Both the position numbers and the translations under genes were made by a program. The notes under the pieces were generated by a model that was given only the letters and a program-made list of their open reading frames with translations, ran no database searches and had not been told where the DNA came from. A stretch of 64,000 bases of DNA from Stegostoma tigrinum (taxonomy: Eukaryota). Shown piece after piece: positions 61,831 through 64,000 of this stretch; within the stretch, counting starts at the first letter, position 1; each line of letters starts with the position of its first letter. The stretch covers positions 12,091,267 to 12,155,266 of the forward strand of contig NC_081382.1 of NCBI RefSeq assembly GCF_030684315.1, in the 5' to 3' direction.

Positions 61831-64000
61831 TGGCAGCACCATTTCATATTCTTTCTCTGGAAAGATGAGCGTAAGCTGGAGTCTCTCTGGGATTCATTGA
61901 TCATGATTACACGCGTAAGATAAGATTAAAAACTCTGTCCTCCATCAGACTGTGAGAGTAGGTCAATTGAAAATGCCAAAACATAAGAATATTTAGTTAG
62001 GTATGAATGTTAATGACATGAACACCAGGTAGTAAATGGAGTTGAGGTAAAAACTAGCCATGTTCTTAGTATATTACAAGGCAGGCTTGAGAGGTTGAAT
62101 GGCTAACTTTTGTTCCTGTGTTGACTAGCATGCAGTTGCTAGTCCAGCTTCAGTATTTGGACATGTAACCTGTCCAGTACATCATAGTAGGTTGTGACAA
62201 CTAATTATTAAACTGGTGAGCATATTTGTTATCATCTTATTTACTTAACTACAATGACAGCAGCAAAGGTGCCTTTGCTTCGTAGAGCTGGTTGTATGAA
62301 GATCAGTCTTGGGTCAGACTGATGCAAAGTGGAGAGCGGCAGTCCTGCTGATCAAATAAATTGAATTTGTTTTTTCCTCTGCCATTTGCAATACCGCAGA
62401 TATCTACGGTGAAGTGAAAATGGTGGGGGGTAGATAGGAAATATTATTACAAGATCAACATGACTCTGATTAACCTTACTCGTGTTATAAAATGGATACA
62501 CTTCTGGTATTTATTGCGAGTTCCTTGGTAAAGCACCATCATGGAGAATGTAATTGGATGCCTCAAGAAATTTGTTAGCAAATTGGGTTATAAAAATTGC
62601 CTTTCTATGAATTTTAAATGACACATTACATCTTCCCAAGAATAAAATAAGATGAGGCCCTGGGTTTCTTTATTGAAAGTCATAAAATGAATTTGTAGCC
62701 AGGCAGGGAATGAAATTGACTTGACTTGAAGATGTAATATGTAACTGAGAACATATTGATTATCCCCATCACTTTTGCACTCGTAATGTTGCCACCCGTT
62801 TGAACCTGTATTTCACTTCATTATTTATGCTGTAAAAATGCTATTTCAATGATAATAACACGTTCATTTACAACAAGACACATAGAGCATTGATGCTAAA
62901 TAAAATGCAACAGCATTTTGAAAGTGGCTGTCTATAAACTGCTGACCCTGTGGTACATAGCTGTTCTAATCTTTTTATGTTGAATTTCCTTGTTTGATTT
63001 GATACTGCACTGATTAAAGGAGAGCAAATTAGCAGGATTTTTGCTTGCATAAAATAATTCATCTTTTTAAAAAGTCAAAGGCATAATAGTCCATAATTTT
63101 CTATCAGAATAATACGAAAGCCGAAGCGTACTTGTCACTGTTAAAAGACAAATGCTATATCAACTACAGGCAATGACAGATAGAGATTAAACACATAAAC
63201 CAAAATTCATTTTACAGTGTGTGGCTTTTCACTGTTAGTTTTGCAAAATGATATCTTGCTTCCTGACTCACCATTGAATTTCATTGATCAATGTGAAGTT
63301 GTTGTTCTCTGATTGCTACAGACTAAACCTACTATTGTAAAAAGATATATATAGGGTGTTCTGGAGCTATGAAATCTATGTCTATGTAATTAAGTAGTTC
63401 AAGTTAGCAGTCTGGGTTAGCAGTCAGAGTTAAGATAAATCCAGGTTTGACTGGATTAGCAGTCAGAAATCCTTTATTTTTGTGACAATGACAGATAATT
63501 ACTAAAAACCAACCTCTCTGGCACAGAAAAGTTAAGCAAGCCAAGTGAGAACTTCAGATTTTAATTGCTGTTAATTTGACATTTAATTTTTGAGAATGCC
63601 TTTTCTGTTTCCTTGATTTACATCAAACAATGAAAACTTATCTTGCATCTTTAATGTAATGTTTTAAAATGAAATCCAATTGCTTTTCCTCTAATTATTT
63701 GCCATTATGTACTGATTTGCCATTGAGTTCAACCACTCTCAACTACACTTCCTTTTTGAACTGCTAATTGCACATGTTTAAATTGGATGGGATTTGACAT
63801 TCACAGGAATTCGCTGTATAGCTGGAAATATCTTGTGAACTAGTTAATGGGGGGGATACATTTTTCACTGAATTTTACAGGTTAAAAAAAGGCATGGATA
63901 ATATTCTTGCTGATTTTCTGGAAATGGCTACAGATGAGAGAGCAGCTGGTTATGGCATCAGTGCAAAGGTATCCTGGCTTAACTTGAGCAGGTAGAGATT

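Noticed and set aside
63403-63468. Short TTAGCAGTC repeats (also CTGA repeats near 57875-57920) as a CRISPR-like or telomeric array
   Set aside because: Only 2-3 irregular short units in a vertebrate context; simple slippage.

Overview
Vertebrate, AT-rich, non-genic (intergenic or intronic) DNA. The repeat content points to a cartilaginous fish, probably a shark; this comes from recognising HE1/V-SINE-like, Deu-domain SINE-like and HER1/CR1-like sequence, not from a search. I could not confidently identify any host protein-coding gene, and almost all short ORFs in the track are noise. The long ORFs are retroelements. (i) Two different CR1-clade LINEs are joined head-to-tail at 20.7-28.5 kb, each with a Zn-finger/coiled-coil/SGNH-esterase ORF1 and an APE-RT ORF2. 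(ii) A young Penelope-like element (PLE, RT + GIY-YIG, Neptune-like) forms a ~4 kb inverted repeat with a target-site duplication (TSD) at 46.5-50.5 kb, nested inside an older PLE fold-back. The strongest window-wide pattern is a set of 150-250 bp fold-back mini-elements from several PLE families. They carry minimal hammerhead-ribozyme (HHR) motifs and a ~35-45 nt tail on one arm only; three have 11-15 bp TSDs; all turn in or next to the ribozyme. Decayed Gypsy pol and Harbinger remnants that the ORF track misses or recovers only in fragments are also readable. There is one 178-bp N gap. Boundaries of old repeats are approximate.
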